NCBI GenBank assembly: GCA_964036045.1
Contig: OZ038378.1
Coordinates: 182,280,001 to 182,344,000, forward strand
Reading direction: 5' to 3'
Origin: Eutreptiella sp. 'Long Island Sound 2002'
Taxonomy: Eukaryota > Protista > Euglenida
Length of the DNA stretch: 64,000 bases
Part shown: piece by piece, positions 12,701 through 24,700 of the stretch
Position numbering within the stretch: the first letter of the stretch is position 1
Layout of the letters: the number at the start of each line of letters is the position of its first letter
Notes under the pieces: generated by a model
Databases searched by the model: none
Told to the model about the DNA's origin: nothing
What the model saw: the letters and a program-made list of their open reading frames with translations, nothing else
Program-made: the position numbers and the translations under genes

Positions 12701-15700
12701 TACACATTGTTGGCAGCCGTGGGCGGTAGCTGAGTTGTTAGTACATTGTAGTGCACAGGGTAGGATTATTGGATGTATATACCCTTGGAGGCTTGTCAGT
12801 AGCACAAATGTCATTGCCCTTCGTGGAGGTGTTTGGCCCATGGACGAGGAAACCCAAGACTTCGTCCTCGGGTTTCTGGTGAAGCATTTCCATTGCTACG
12901 TGGAGTTTATCCGTCATGAAGGCCACGACGCCGCTCTAGATATCATTGTGGATGACATTCGTCGATCAAAAAACAGTATGCAATGTGTCCTACCTTGGCC
13001 AATTTGTGTGCCACTTGTTACCTCTGTTTGTATGTTGCATTTTATTAGGTGCTTGTACTACAGCTATGACATCTATGTTCATGAAAGGGAGGGATTGCAC
13101 ACATAAATTGTCAGATTTTTCGCTAAGAAAATTGGATTTTGGTCTTTATGCCATCCATGAAAGTCCCCGTGACCACTGTAAGCAGTACCCTAATGGTACA
13201 TATACCTGCTTTCAGAGGTGGATGCACAGGTTCGAACCCTGTTGTATACATTCCAGTAATCTAGGGCAAACTAGGTTTGAATCCCAGTTTTTCATGTGGG
13301 CTCACAAAAATTTTGTGTTGGCACCTCTAAAAACTCAGCACACCCGCCCCCCCTTGGGGGGGGGGGGGGCAGACCCCCCTCCCCCCAAACCCCTTAACAG
13401 GAACTCCGCCCTTAGGAATCAGCTGCAAATATCTAAAGGCAACCAAGAATGGACAGCATTCATGCAACAGGGGTTAACAACATTTATCCCAAGGCTTGTA
13501 ACTAACAGCGATGATCCACTGAGATCCAGGAAATGCACCACCTATCCAGAAAGTTGCTCATGTATGGGTCTGCGGCGCTGTAGGGCAATGGAATAGTGTG
13601 GGGTTGTGGGGCTACTGTGTCAGAGAGTTGTGCACATGCGCACTGTTCTTTGCACTGTCAGTGAACACTTGTCACAGGTTCTCTACCGACAGACAAGCGT
13701 ACAGCACGACAGTTGGTGTTGGACATGCTGATCCGTGTTTGGCGTAGTGGCGTACCGTTCCTCAGTCCAACATACCAGACAGTGGGCCACGAGTGCACCG
13801 TTGATGAGGCCGCACCGCCGAAATACCTCCTCCCATGGACCCCGCACTGTGTCAAGTGCCGTGGCGAAGTGCTGCAGCAATATGGGAGGATAAGGTACAC
13901 TGAAGAGTCAGTCACACGGCAGCCCATAGCTCTAATTTCGATGCGCTGCCACCGATGTCTGGCATTGTACGGCTACGATACAGTAACAGTGGGTGAGGGT
14001 GAGGACGAGGAGGTGTACAGGTTGTCACTTCCGAGAGATCACATTGTACTGGCACGCAATGTGTTTGGCCGCCCATATGTCCATGAGTTACAGCAGCGCA
14101 TAGTATTGCAGTTTGCAAGCTTCCAGGCAGAGGGTGGTGTCAAGGAAGTACCGCACACCAAACTCCAAGAGGTTGTTTTCTTGGATTGGTGCATGCGGTA
14201 CTACCGTGAGGCGCGAGGGCAGTCCCTTTTTAGGTGCCCAGATTTGCACACTGTTGTCTCAGAGGTGACAGGGTTCCTTCGTCTCAATGGCTTGCCCAGT
14301 AAACATCATCAGTGCTCTGCATGTGAGCCCGCTCATCTCAATCACATTCGCGGTATGCCAACGGTACGCCCAGACATAAAACGACATACAGCAGAGGTAT
14401 ATGATAGGTGTGTCGTCGTGGATTGCATTTCAAAGGTGTGCAGACGGGTTTGCATGTACGGTATTCGGCAGAATAAGCGTGACCCGTCAACTGGCCTGCA
14501 CGTACAAGCACAGTGTAGCAAAGCACCCGTGCCTGGTACGTGCTTCTGTAAAGAACATTCCACCCCTGGGCACGTGGTGTACACACAGGTGCTTGAAGGT
14601 GATGTTGGCAGTGATGTCATGGAGGCATTGCCAGAGGCTTCATCAGGGGACTCTGAGCATGAAACTACAGATGCCTATAGTACTGCACAGGAGGAGGAAA
14701 CTGCTGTGTCACGGAGTCCACAGCCCACATTGGACACAGAATACACATCTATGCTCCATGAAATTGCTCTTTCTCATGCTACAGGTGCCACCTGCACTCC
14801 AAGCACAACAACAACGCAACAGTCACAGCAACAGCCACCACACACGGCAGCAGGACAGGGGCGGGGAAAGGGTGGTCACCAGGGTGCAAAGCAAAAAATG
14901 CGCCGCAAAACAGTGTGGTCCGTTTCTGGTCAAGGATGCAAAAAGAAGGTTGTCGTTTTCACTGGGTTCACCAATGGTTTGATGACAGTGTCTCGCCCTT
15001 GTACATTTGTTGTGCATTTCGACGAGATGGTGGGCGCTGAGGGGTCCCACCAAATTCTGTACAATTTGTGGTCTATCTCGACCCGCCACAGAACAGGTGG
15101 AATTTCTTTTGATTGGATTTTGTTTGATTATGCATGCAGGCTTTCGCAAACATCTGCCAAATACAACGTGCTGTCTGATGTGCAGTGCGTGTTGGACCGA
15201 TTTCATGGTACCGTGCATAAATGTCAAGGGTACGGGATGTCGCAATTCCCAGAGTTGTCGCGCGTGAACAGCTCAGCGGCTGAACAAGGCAACAGTACGA
15301 CAGGTCGCTATAGCTTTGCTGCTAACCCCAGGGACGCGGACACTTTTTATTTTTACATTGCCAACTGCTTGGAGGGCCGCAACAGGTACATCATTGGTGG
15401 CCATAAGGCATCTGCTATAACCGCGTTGGGAGGTTTGCAACCAGTCGAAGGAGTACATGATGATGAAGACCCAACGTCGTGGGTCGTAGATGTTGCACCA
15501 CTTGCAGGCTCTAGCCAATTTTGCACTTTTGTGGCCCGCCTGGCCAAATTGTACCACCTTCGAGCTACGTGGGCTGCAGACCCGTCTTATGTCCCCTTTA
15601 ATCCCTTCTCCGCTTTTGCTCATAGGGACAGTGTGAGGAATGTGCCAGCCCTCAATCCGCATACCCATGGTTCTGCGCGTAGTACTTCCAGTACCGTGGC

Positions 15701-18700
15701 GCGGACACCTGCCGCATCTGCTGCATCTACCGTTTGCACAACTGCAACATTTGGTAGCCCTGCAGTGACTACATCCAGTGCTACTGCACCATCTGCTGCA
15801 CCTGTGGTGAATCCCACCTCTGTGCCCATGGAGACCATTTCTGTCAGTAGTGATGATGATATTTTGACAGCCCCAGTGCAGGACCCTGCAGTCCTAGGAG
15901 TGGTGAAGACTGAGCCTGGTGACAATGTCCCTCCTTCCCTGGGCACAGGTGCTTCCGCTGACGTGCCGCAAGACCCCTTTTCCACTGCACAGGACGTGTC
16001 TACATCCCCCCTTGTTGATCCCTATGCACGCAGCCCAAGGTTGTCTCCCCATGCATCATTGGATGACATTTCTTTTGGCGAGAATGATGCTTCGATAGCT
16101 GCAATGGAGGACACGGACCCAGAGGTCCTTCGGCATTTCAAGATTGAGCCTGATGTCAATGTCCCTCCTTCCCTGCACACACTTAGTTCAGCACGTGTGA
16201 TGCGCAAACCCTTTTTCACCGACCGGCGCACGTTTGCATCCCCCTCTGCACATCCTTATGCACGTAGCCCAGCATCCTCTCCCCACGTGTCCGCTTCTCG
16301 TTTTGACATCAGCCCTGACGACCCCTCCACTGGTAACGCTTCTGATGGGGCCCCAAGAGTGGTCCGTGCACGTGGCAAAAAAGCCAAGGTTTACAAGAGT
16401 TCCAGTTCACGCCCTGGCACTGTTGTTCAGGCTGCTGCAGGCCCCGATGCGATTTCTTTTGTACATAACTACACTCTGCTTGGAGATGTGGACCGGGGTC
16501 ATTTCACGCGAACACAGCAGCCTATTCCTCTACAATCCGGTGTATGGGACTACGCGGCCGAGCCTGAAGCATTTCAGGCCCTCTTGGCCCCACCCTTTGG
16601 CATGCAGGAAGTACACAGTAAGCCCAACATGCTCCAATTGCTGCAGAAGGTGAAAGGGAAACAACTTTTTTCTGTGCGCAGACTATGGTCCACCCTATTT
16701 GCAAATAGGAAGCACCCCCCCTCCATGTCACAATTCAAGGCCATGCTTGTCCATCTCCACCAGGCACATTTGGTACTGCTTGTGATTGTGGGTGCCAGGG
16801 CCAGATCAAGCGCATGTCTCATGCTGCCTGCCCCCTGCCCTGCCCCTGCTATTCTTGTTCAGAACAACATTACGGTGGACGAGTGGGATGCACGTTGCTC
16901 TGCAGATTGCTTGTACTCCGTGGCATTTGACCAAAGTTCAGTGCCTAAGCCACCACCTCGGAGGCGGCGGTAAATGAACCATGCCAACTTGGCAACCCCG
17001 AAGCAATGGCAGAACATTTGGCATGGACCGGAAGTCTGTTCGTCAGTGGTGCTTTGCTGCCTTTTTGTGTCTCACACATTAGGGACACGATGCTTGATTG
17101 CCATATGCATCAACGCCCAAACTGCTGCGTTGTTACTCCAAAATGATTTGTTGCAAAATGGGTGCAGAAGTAAACAACAACACCCAGCGCCAACAATCAT
17201 GCCTGGGGGTCTCCCACCTCAGTACCCTAGAGGGCTAATGAGGCTTAACATCCGAAAATGGATGGTAACATGGGACATGCTCAGAGTACAGCTGCTACTG
17301 CCACCATAAGGGAGATGATGCTTCAGTGCCATATGCATCTATGCCCAAACTGCTTGGTTGTTACTCCCTGCAAAATGGGTGCACAATTAAACAACAACAC
17401 CCAGCTGCAACATTTGGGCCTGGGGGTCTCCCACCTCAGTACCCCACAGGGCAAACAAGGCTTAAAATCGGATGGTACCACGGGACAAACTCAGAGTATG
17501 GCTGCTACTGCCACCATAAGGGAGACGATGCTTCAGTGCCATATGCATCTATGCCCAAACTGCTTCGTTGTTACTCCCAAATGATTTGTTGCAAAATGGG
17601 TGCAGAATCAAACAACAACACCCACCTGCAATTGTATTGGGTGGGGTCGGGGGGGGGGGGGGGCTCCCAAGGGACTGGTACACAACCTGCTTATGTAGTT
17701 TCTCACCCTGTACAGGTGAAAAAACGAAATTTCCGAAAGTGATTTTTTTGATATCCCGGCCACTCACAATGACCATCCAAGCTGTGTAAAGCATGTTTTG
17801 AGCAGCATTTAGGTGTTTTCCACCCTATTTGGGGATTGAGTGTGTTTTGGGGGGCATCCCATCTACAGTTTGTAGACACTGTCTGCCCCAAGTGTCTGCC
17901 CCAAGTAGACGCGGCCTGCTAATTGTAGACACCGTGCGCATGTTGTAGACGCGAAGTGCCAATATTTGGGAAGGGGGCCGAAGGCCCCCTTCCCCACCTA
18001 ACGGCCCGGTGGCAGCGTTCACCCGCGCACACGGGCATGGTGTTCTGTGGTCTGTAGACACTGTGCACCACAAGTAGACGCGGCCTGCTAATTGTAGACA
18101 CCGTGGGCATGTTGTAGACGCGAAGTGCCAATATTTGGGAAGGGGGCCACCAAACGGTCCGCTGGCAGCGTTCACCCGCGCACACGGGCATGGTGTTCTG
18201 TGGTCTGTAGACACTATCTGCCCCAAGTAGACGCGGCCTGCTAATTGTAGACACCGTGCGCATGTTGTAGACGCGAAGTGCCAATATTTGGGAAGGGGGC
18301 CGCAGGCCCCCTTCCCCACCAAACGGTCCGCTGGCAGCGTTCACCCGCGCACACGGGCATGGTGTTCTGTGGTCTGTAGACACTGTGCACCACAAGTAGA
18401 CGCGGCCTGCTAATTGTAGACACCGTGCGCATGTTGTAGACGCGAAGTGCCAATATTTGGGAAGGGGGCCACCAAACGGTCCGCTGGCAGCGTTCACCCG
18501 CGCACACGGGCATGGTGTTCTGTGGTCTGTAGACACTGTTTGCCCCAAGTAGACGCGGCCTGCTAATTGTAGACACCGTGGGCATGTTGTAGACGCGAAG
18601 TGCCAATATTTGGGAAGGGGGCCGAAGGCCCCCTTCCCCACCAAACGGTCCGCTGGCAGCGTTCACCCGCGCACACAGGCATGGTGTTCTGTGGTCTGTA

Positions 18701-21700
18701 GACACTGTGCACCACAAGTAGACGCGGCCTGCTAATTGTAGACACCGTGCGCATGTTGTAGACGCGAAGTGCCAATATTTGGGAAGGGGGCCGAAGGCCC
18801 CCTTCCCCACCTAACGGCCCGGTGGCAGCGTTCACCCGCGCACACGGGCATGGTGTTCTGTGGTCTGTAGACACTGTGCACCACAAGTAGACGCGGCCTG
18901 CTAATTGTAGACACCGTGGGCATGTTGTAGACGCGAAGTGCCAATATTTGGGAAGGGGGCCGAAGGCCCCCTTCCCCACCAAACGGTCCGGTGGCAGCGT
19001 TCACCCGGCGCAGGTAGGGTGTTTGGTAGTTTGTGGTTTGTTTCCTACATTTGTATTATGTCCTGATCTTGTTCAATCCCATAGCTTTTTGACTGAATAA
19101 AACTGCACCTGTACCTACTCTAAGACACCTTGTTCTTATTAATGTAAGAGGCCCCGTCTTAGATAATCTAAGACGCCCCGTCTTAGATTTTCTAAGACGC
19201 CCCGTCTTAGATTTTCTAAGACGCCCCGTCTTAGATTTTCTAAGACGCCCCGTCTTAGATTTTCTAAGACGGATGTAAGACGCATGTAAGACGCATGTAA
19301 GACGGATGTAAGACGGATGTAAGACGGATGTAAGACGGATGTAAGACGGATGTAAGACGGATGTAAGACGCCTCCAAATCTAAGACGCCCCGTCTTACAA
19401 CAGCCCTCCCCCAGTAACCCAAACCTGAAAATTCTGAACTCAGCCTTACAGTGGCAGCAACAAAGGATGGGCAACCATGGAGGAGCAACACAGCAGCACA
19501 GGCAGCGTTGTATGGAGGCTTGCCGCTCCAAAAGGCATGCCGGCAGAGCCACATGATGAGATGGTGCAGCATGGCATTGCGGGTACAACAGTGATAGACA
19601 GAAGGAAAGGATGAGGGAAGGGTCCCATGCTGGGAAGCTTTTGATGTCTGGGATGGCTCTGAAAATTTCCCTCAAAATTGCACATGTTGAAGTCCCAGCC
19701 TCGTCGCCGCCGCCCCCCAACAGACATCCGACCAGCCCCCCCTCCCTTGGCTGCGTGAGGCCACGGCAATCCGGGGGGGCTACCACGGTTCAATCTCAAC
19801 TAACCGAAGTAACCACCACATGGCTCAAATCTGCCCCATACAGCGCAAATTCCATGGGCTGCACTCATAAACATGCAAACCCCCCCACCTATAGCCCCTC
19901 CCAGGGGCTACATGATTCTAGATGAATGCCAGAGCTGAGGTGGGGGGGGGGTATACGTGTGTGTGTGGGGGGGGGGGGTTGTAGGTCAGGATATTGTCCA
20001 ATTTTGCCTTCGGCGCTTCGCACCATCTGTTGTTTGCTGTGTGTTAAGTTTCCGCTTATTTTTCCCTCCCGGATGTTGATTTAGAATTGCCCCACACCGT
20101 GCATGATGACAGTGATGATGATGAGGGTGATGACCCTTTTGATGAACTTCATGATCCTGGCAATGGAGATGAGGAGGACGCGAACAATGACATCGCCACT
20201 CTGGAGCAAGGCATTGCTGTGTTGCAGCTCTGCAATCCACGGCTGATATTGCAGACCCATCACCAGACATGGGTGAGGAGGGGAGCCACGCAGTATGGTG
20301 GATCGATGCGTGGTCTTCCTATGCATCCTCCATTGTTGCATGGCCATTGGCCGGCTCCAAGTGGCGTTCATCGAGGCACGCATTGTGGACCCCCCGAAGA
20401 AGAACGCTGAGGCCGTGCAACCGGTTCTCTATCGGGCCTGCACGGGTGTGAAGTTTGGTGCCTCAGCGACACCCGACGGGCTATTTCTGTTGTGAAGATC
20501 GCCGAATCATTCAAAAGACGTGGTTACATCTGGCCCACACCAGATGGCAGCCACATTCATCTGCGCGAGCTCCCAAACTATAAATATGAGCCCACCTCTT
20601 TGATTTGGTTCAGGGCTAAGCGTGTCCTTGAAGCAGACAAAACTGCTGACCAACCTCCAGCAAAAAAGACAAAGGCACAGCCCTTTTTGATGCAAATGCG
20701 GAAGAAGTAATTGGCAGCAAACTATCCTGCAGTTGTGGCCCACACGCTTTGGTGCTCCGTATCTTTGCACAGCTCAGTCTTTGAAGTTTGGTGAGAAGGG
20801 GGGGCTATAAGTCCCTGGATGACTGCAAAGAATGGAGGGGGGGGGGTTATAGGTGGTGGTTGGAGGCTTACGCAACATTGATGTTGGATCAAGTGCCGAT
20901 TCCCTTTCTTGTTCAAGCAGCTGGGGAGGGCTACTGCTCAGTCCGGCTGTGTGCACTCAAATGGGCCCAGCGGGGCACATGCCCTTTGTCTGCCACGTGT
21001 GGTCCCTCCCGAACGAGCGGGCTTTGAGGACCCCTTTTCGAGGAGACCCCCCTCTTTACTTGGGCGGGGGCGGAGTTGGGGGGCGGAGTTGGGGGGCGGG
21101 GGAGGAGGTGGAGTGGGCCAACGGTGGTGTTCTCCCACACCACGTAAGCCTCCCTCCCTCCGCTTCGCTGGTTGGGTCTTTACTTGTGCCCAATTGGGCA
21201 CTAAATCCCTTAGAAAAGCCTGATACATGGGACAAAAGTATCCCCCAATGAGCTGACGGCCACGGTATGCCAATCCGAGGGACACTGCCTGTGCACTCAC
21301 TGCCTTCCACTGCCCCGACAACAATTCGAAGGGGCTACCAATGAAAAGCAGCTTCTTCACATCGGGCAACGCTTCCAGATGTGCCAACACGGAGAGGTTG
21401 GGGCTGTAGGAGGGCTTAACCCCTTTGGACGCAATAATGTCCTCCACCGTGCGGGCCACGACGGGCTTTGGGGTGAACCTGAGCACGAGAACAACGGTAG
21501 GGCGCAGGGCACCCTGACTTCCCGCTCATCACAGCACTGGTACGGTTTGATGCGACGGCGGTGCCCAACTGATGCCCGAACATCCAGGCCCTACTGCCAG
21601 CCCTAGCACCGGCCCTCGCCCCAGCACTTGCATGATCCCAACCATCACGTGTGCAAAGACAATGCCAGAGCCCAGCAGCGCACAATGGTTTGCGCTCGAA

Positions 21701-24700
21701 GTTTGCAGCAAAAAGTCCCGTGGTCTACTGAGAAGTTCGTGCCAACAACAACAGAAAACTAAAAGTGTGTTCGCGGTTCTGTGGCTGGGGTAGGGCTGCG
21801 CGTGTCCCTTGCCCCCCTCCAACAGTACCACTGGGTGGAGGTCCCGGTTCCTTGACCGACGCTCGTCAACTTCACTCCGCCCATCCTCAAGTCAGACCGA
21901 TCAGATGGAACTGGAAGGCGCACCGTCCCCAAATAAGAAATGGATTTCTGTGTCTTCAGCAGCCGGACCAAGAGAAGCAATTCTTCTTTGAGGGGGATCG
22001 TGCATGGGTCGGACATTTGTCGACCCAAGAGGCTCCAAACGGGCTGCCGAAGACGGGTTGGTTGCTGGTAGTCAGACAGGTTGGGAAAGCTCCACGTGGT
22101 TGACAGGATGAGGGCGTCCCTACATCCGCATTGTTGTGCATATGTTCAATGTCTTGTTGCATGTGTGTCATAATGGGGCATACCCAGAATGCAGCAAGAC
22201 GTAGCTCCGACCTGGAGGAGCTGCTTCCGAGGCCAATCCTGCCCCTACTCGGTCTCTGTTGGCCAGCTCTATGCCGAGTCGCGGGCATAGCCATGGCCAT
22301 GGCTCAACACCGCCCTGTACGGACTGATGGCCCTCCCCCAAACCCCCTTCACGACGTGACTCTCCCAGGCCCAGGACCGGACAGTCCCGGTCACAAAGAG
22401 CCGTCGCTTGAGAACAGAGAGTGTGGCGTGGGCACGACCTGTCCTCCGGATCGCTCTGCACACAGACCACGGCATCCACAGCCCCGGTCTCGAGCATCTG
22501 GATCGCCATTTGTGTGACGATCCCCGTCCACTGCGGTGTGCCCTTTGCGGACGCGTACCTACAGAGCACGGGCACAGCGACGACGGGGGATGGGGGCGGC
22601 CCCCCCGGAAGCGGCCCCGAGGTGCACGGGGGAGGGGACTCCTCGGCTGACGCGAGGTTCCCCCCCAAACTACCTGTCGGCTGCCCCCCCAAAAGTGCGG
22701 CTCTTGCGACGGGAGGGTTAGGGGTTAGCGGGTCAGGGCCTGCCTGTGGCCTGCCCTATCCCACCCCTGGCCCCCCGGTATGTCGCGGCGCGTCGCAAGA
22801 GCGGCCAGGACATTAAAAGACGCCAACCCCCCCCAAAAGTGCGGGGGACGAATTAGGGTCCAAAGTGGAGAGCAGGTGTGTGGCTATAGGCAGCCATGGA
22901 CCAAATTGTCCTTCTGGCGCCTTTGGTGCCCGTGGACTCCTGAAGCCGGTACCTTTGGCAACTAACTGTTGGCCGGAGGTCAGGTGTGGACCCGCCACTA
23001 AGCTCCAGCCACGCCTGCCTTCACACGGCCTTCAATTCCAACTCAGTTCCATTCGTGTTCGTGTCGCTGGGACAGTTCCATCCAGTTCTGCTCCCTCTCT
23101 GAAAATAGGGTCAGGGCGGGGGGGGGGGGGGGTAAAGTGCCTCGAAGTGTTCCGGGAGCATGGCGTTCCGGGGGCACAGCGTTCCGGGTCCAAGTGTTCA
23201 AGGGTTCTGAAGGCCAAAGGGTCTGGGGGCACAGTGTCCCAGCGGGCCCTCTGGTGTGGGGCGGTGGTTCAGGGGATCCACGGCCTTCCCTCCCTTCGCC
23301 CGGGGTATGACGGCCTTCGTCGGCGTCCCGGTCACCTCAGCTTCCCCGGACACCAGAGGCTACATCTTCTGGTCTTCCCACTGCACGGCGCACGAAGAAC
23401 CGTCCATATCCCCCTGGCACTGCCCTGATCACGCACCCCCACAGCCGCTGGACACGCAGAAATCACACCCGTCGGGCTGGGGGGTGATATCCCACGAAGG
23501 CTTCGCATTCCTGGCGTACAGCACCTCTTCGGCGACGCCCGTGTATGCCTCGTCCTCTCGCCGGCCCCTGCCGTGCACTTGCTCTTCTAGGGACTGCATT
23601 AGAAAGGGGTCGGACTGGAGAATGGGCTGCGATTGCCATCTGTGCGCTGGGAGTGTGCGAGCACTGCCACACACCCACCGCAGCAGGGGCTGACTCCTGC
23701 GGATTCATAACTATGCTGGAGAATGGTAGTGAATGACCACTGGGCCTGGAAGTTGTTGAAAATGGATACATTTCTCATTCCTCAGCCCTGATACCCCCTG
23801 GAGCTCTGTCTGGAGACTGTGCCGTGCCAGAGGATGTGGTTAACAGTGGCCTTACGTTGACGCCTTGAATGGACTACAGCTCCGATAGCTCAGAGTACAA
23901 TAAAATATGTTGTGGCCCGGTTTAACCCGCTGTTTAGACAAAAGGCCTAAGCTACGACGAGTGGTCCGAACGCCCCACTCCATCCTCATGACAGAGACCG
24001 TGAGGGGGAAGACGGGGCGTCATGGCTGCTGTGACTCACTCAAGGTGCTCCGAGGGTGGAGGGTCCATAAAGGACAAGAATGGCCCAACCACGTCCAACA
24101 TGACCCGGAAGCGCTGCAGTGAAATGGACGAGTCCTGCAGAGACTGTCCACGAAACTCATCCTCTGAAGGCTGACGAGAGCCTTGTGACTGTAGCCGGTG
24201 ATATACCGCGATTGAGACAAGCAGGTCACACAGAAGACATGGCGGTGAATACGGTTACACTCACGAATACCGTGCCCATACATCATTTCTGGAGCACCTT
24301 CGCCGCCGCAATGCGACACGGGTGTCCGTCTGGGGCCGCAGGAGGTACGTTCCCTAACTCCGCAAACAGAACCACGATCATAGATTCGCATCTCTGGTCA
24401 CAGCCCCCGCTGCCAAGGTCAACACCTGTGCGTACACCAACGGGCCAAGCAATACAGCATAACCCAATGTGAAGCCCGACGGATTCCAGAAATGGTTGGT
24501 TTGCAGATTGTTTCTTTAAGTTCTTGCTTCAGTTGGCGTGTCTACACCGCTTTTTACTGACTGAACACTCATCAGAAGAGATCATGTACTGAACACAATA
24601 TCCGTGGTGAATGGCCTGAAGTGAAGCCAAAAGTCAGGAGTTGACACTTGGGACACTGGGAGAGCGGTGTTAGGGGATTCTTCACAGCGCAAAGGCAGAA

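Larger units (their letters stand above)
8541..19407 (+). mobile_element. KDZ-superfamily (Kyakuja/Zisupton/HMGXB3-like) DNA transposon, 10,867 bp, in HCAR intron 5
   Basis: 8-bp direct repeat CCCCCAGT at 8533-8540 and 19408-19415. Perfect 25-bp inverted repeat CTGTTGTAAGACGGGGCGTCTTAGA at 8546-8570 and 19379-19403, set 4-5 bp in from the ends. Subterminal TAAGAC arrays at both ends; internal KDZ transposase ORF. Confidence 0.88.

Noticed and set aside
12136-12733. K/R-rich and F/W-rich ORFs
   Set aside because: Products of the CTGGCGCT satellite.
17825-19004. Several overlapping minus-strand ORFs with repeated peptides
   Set aside because: Translation of the 169/153-bp minisatellite.
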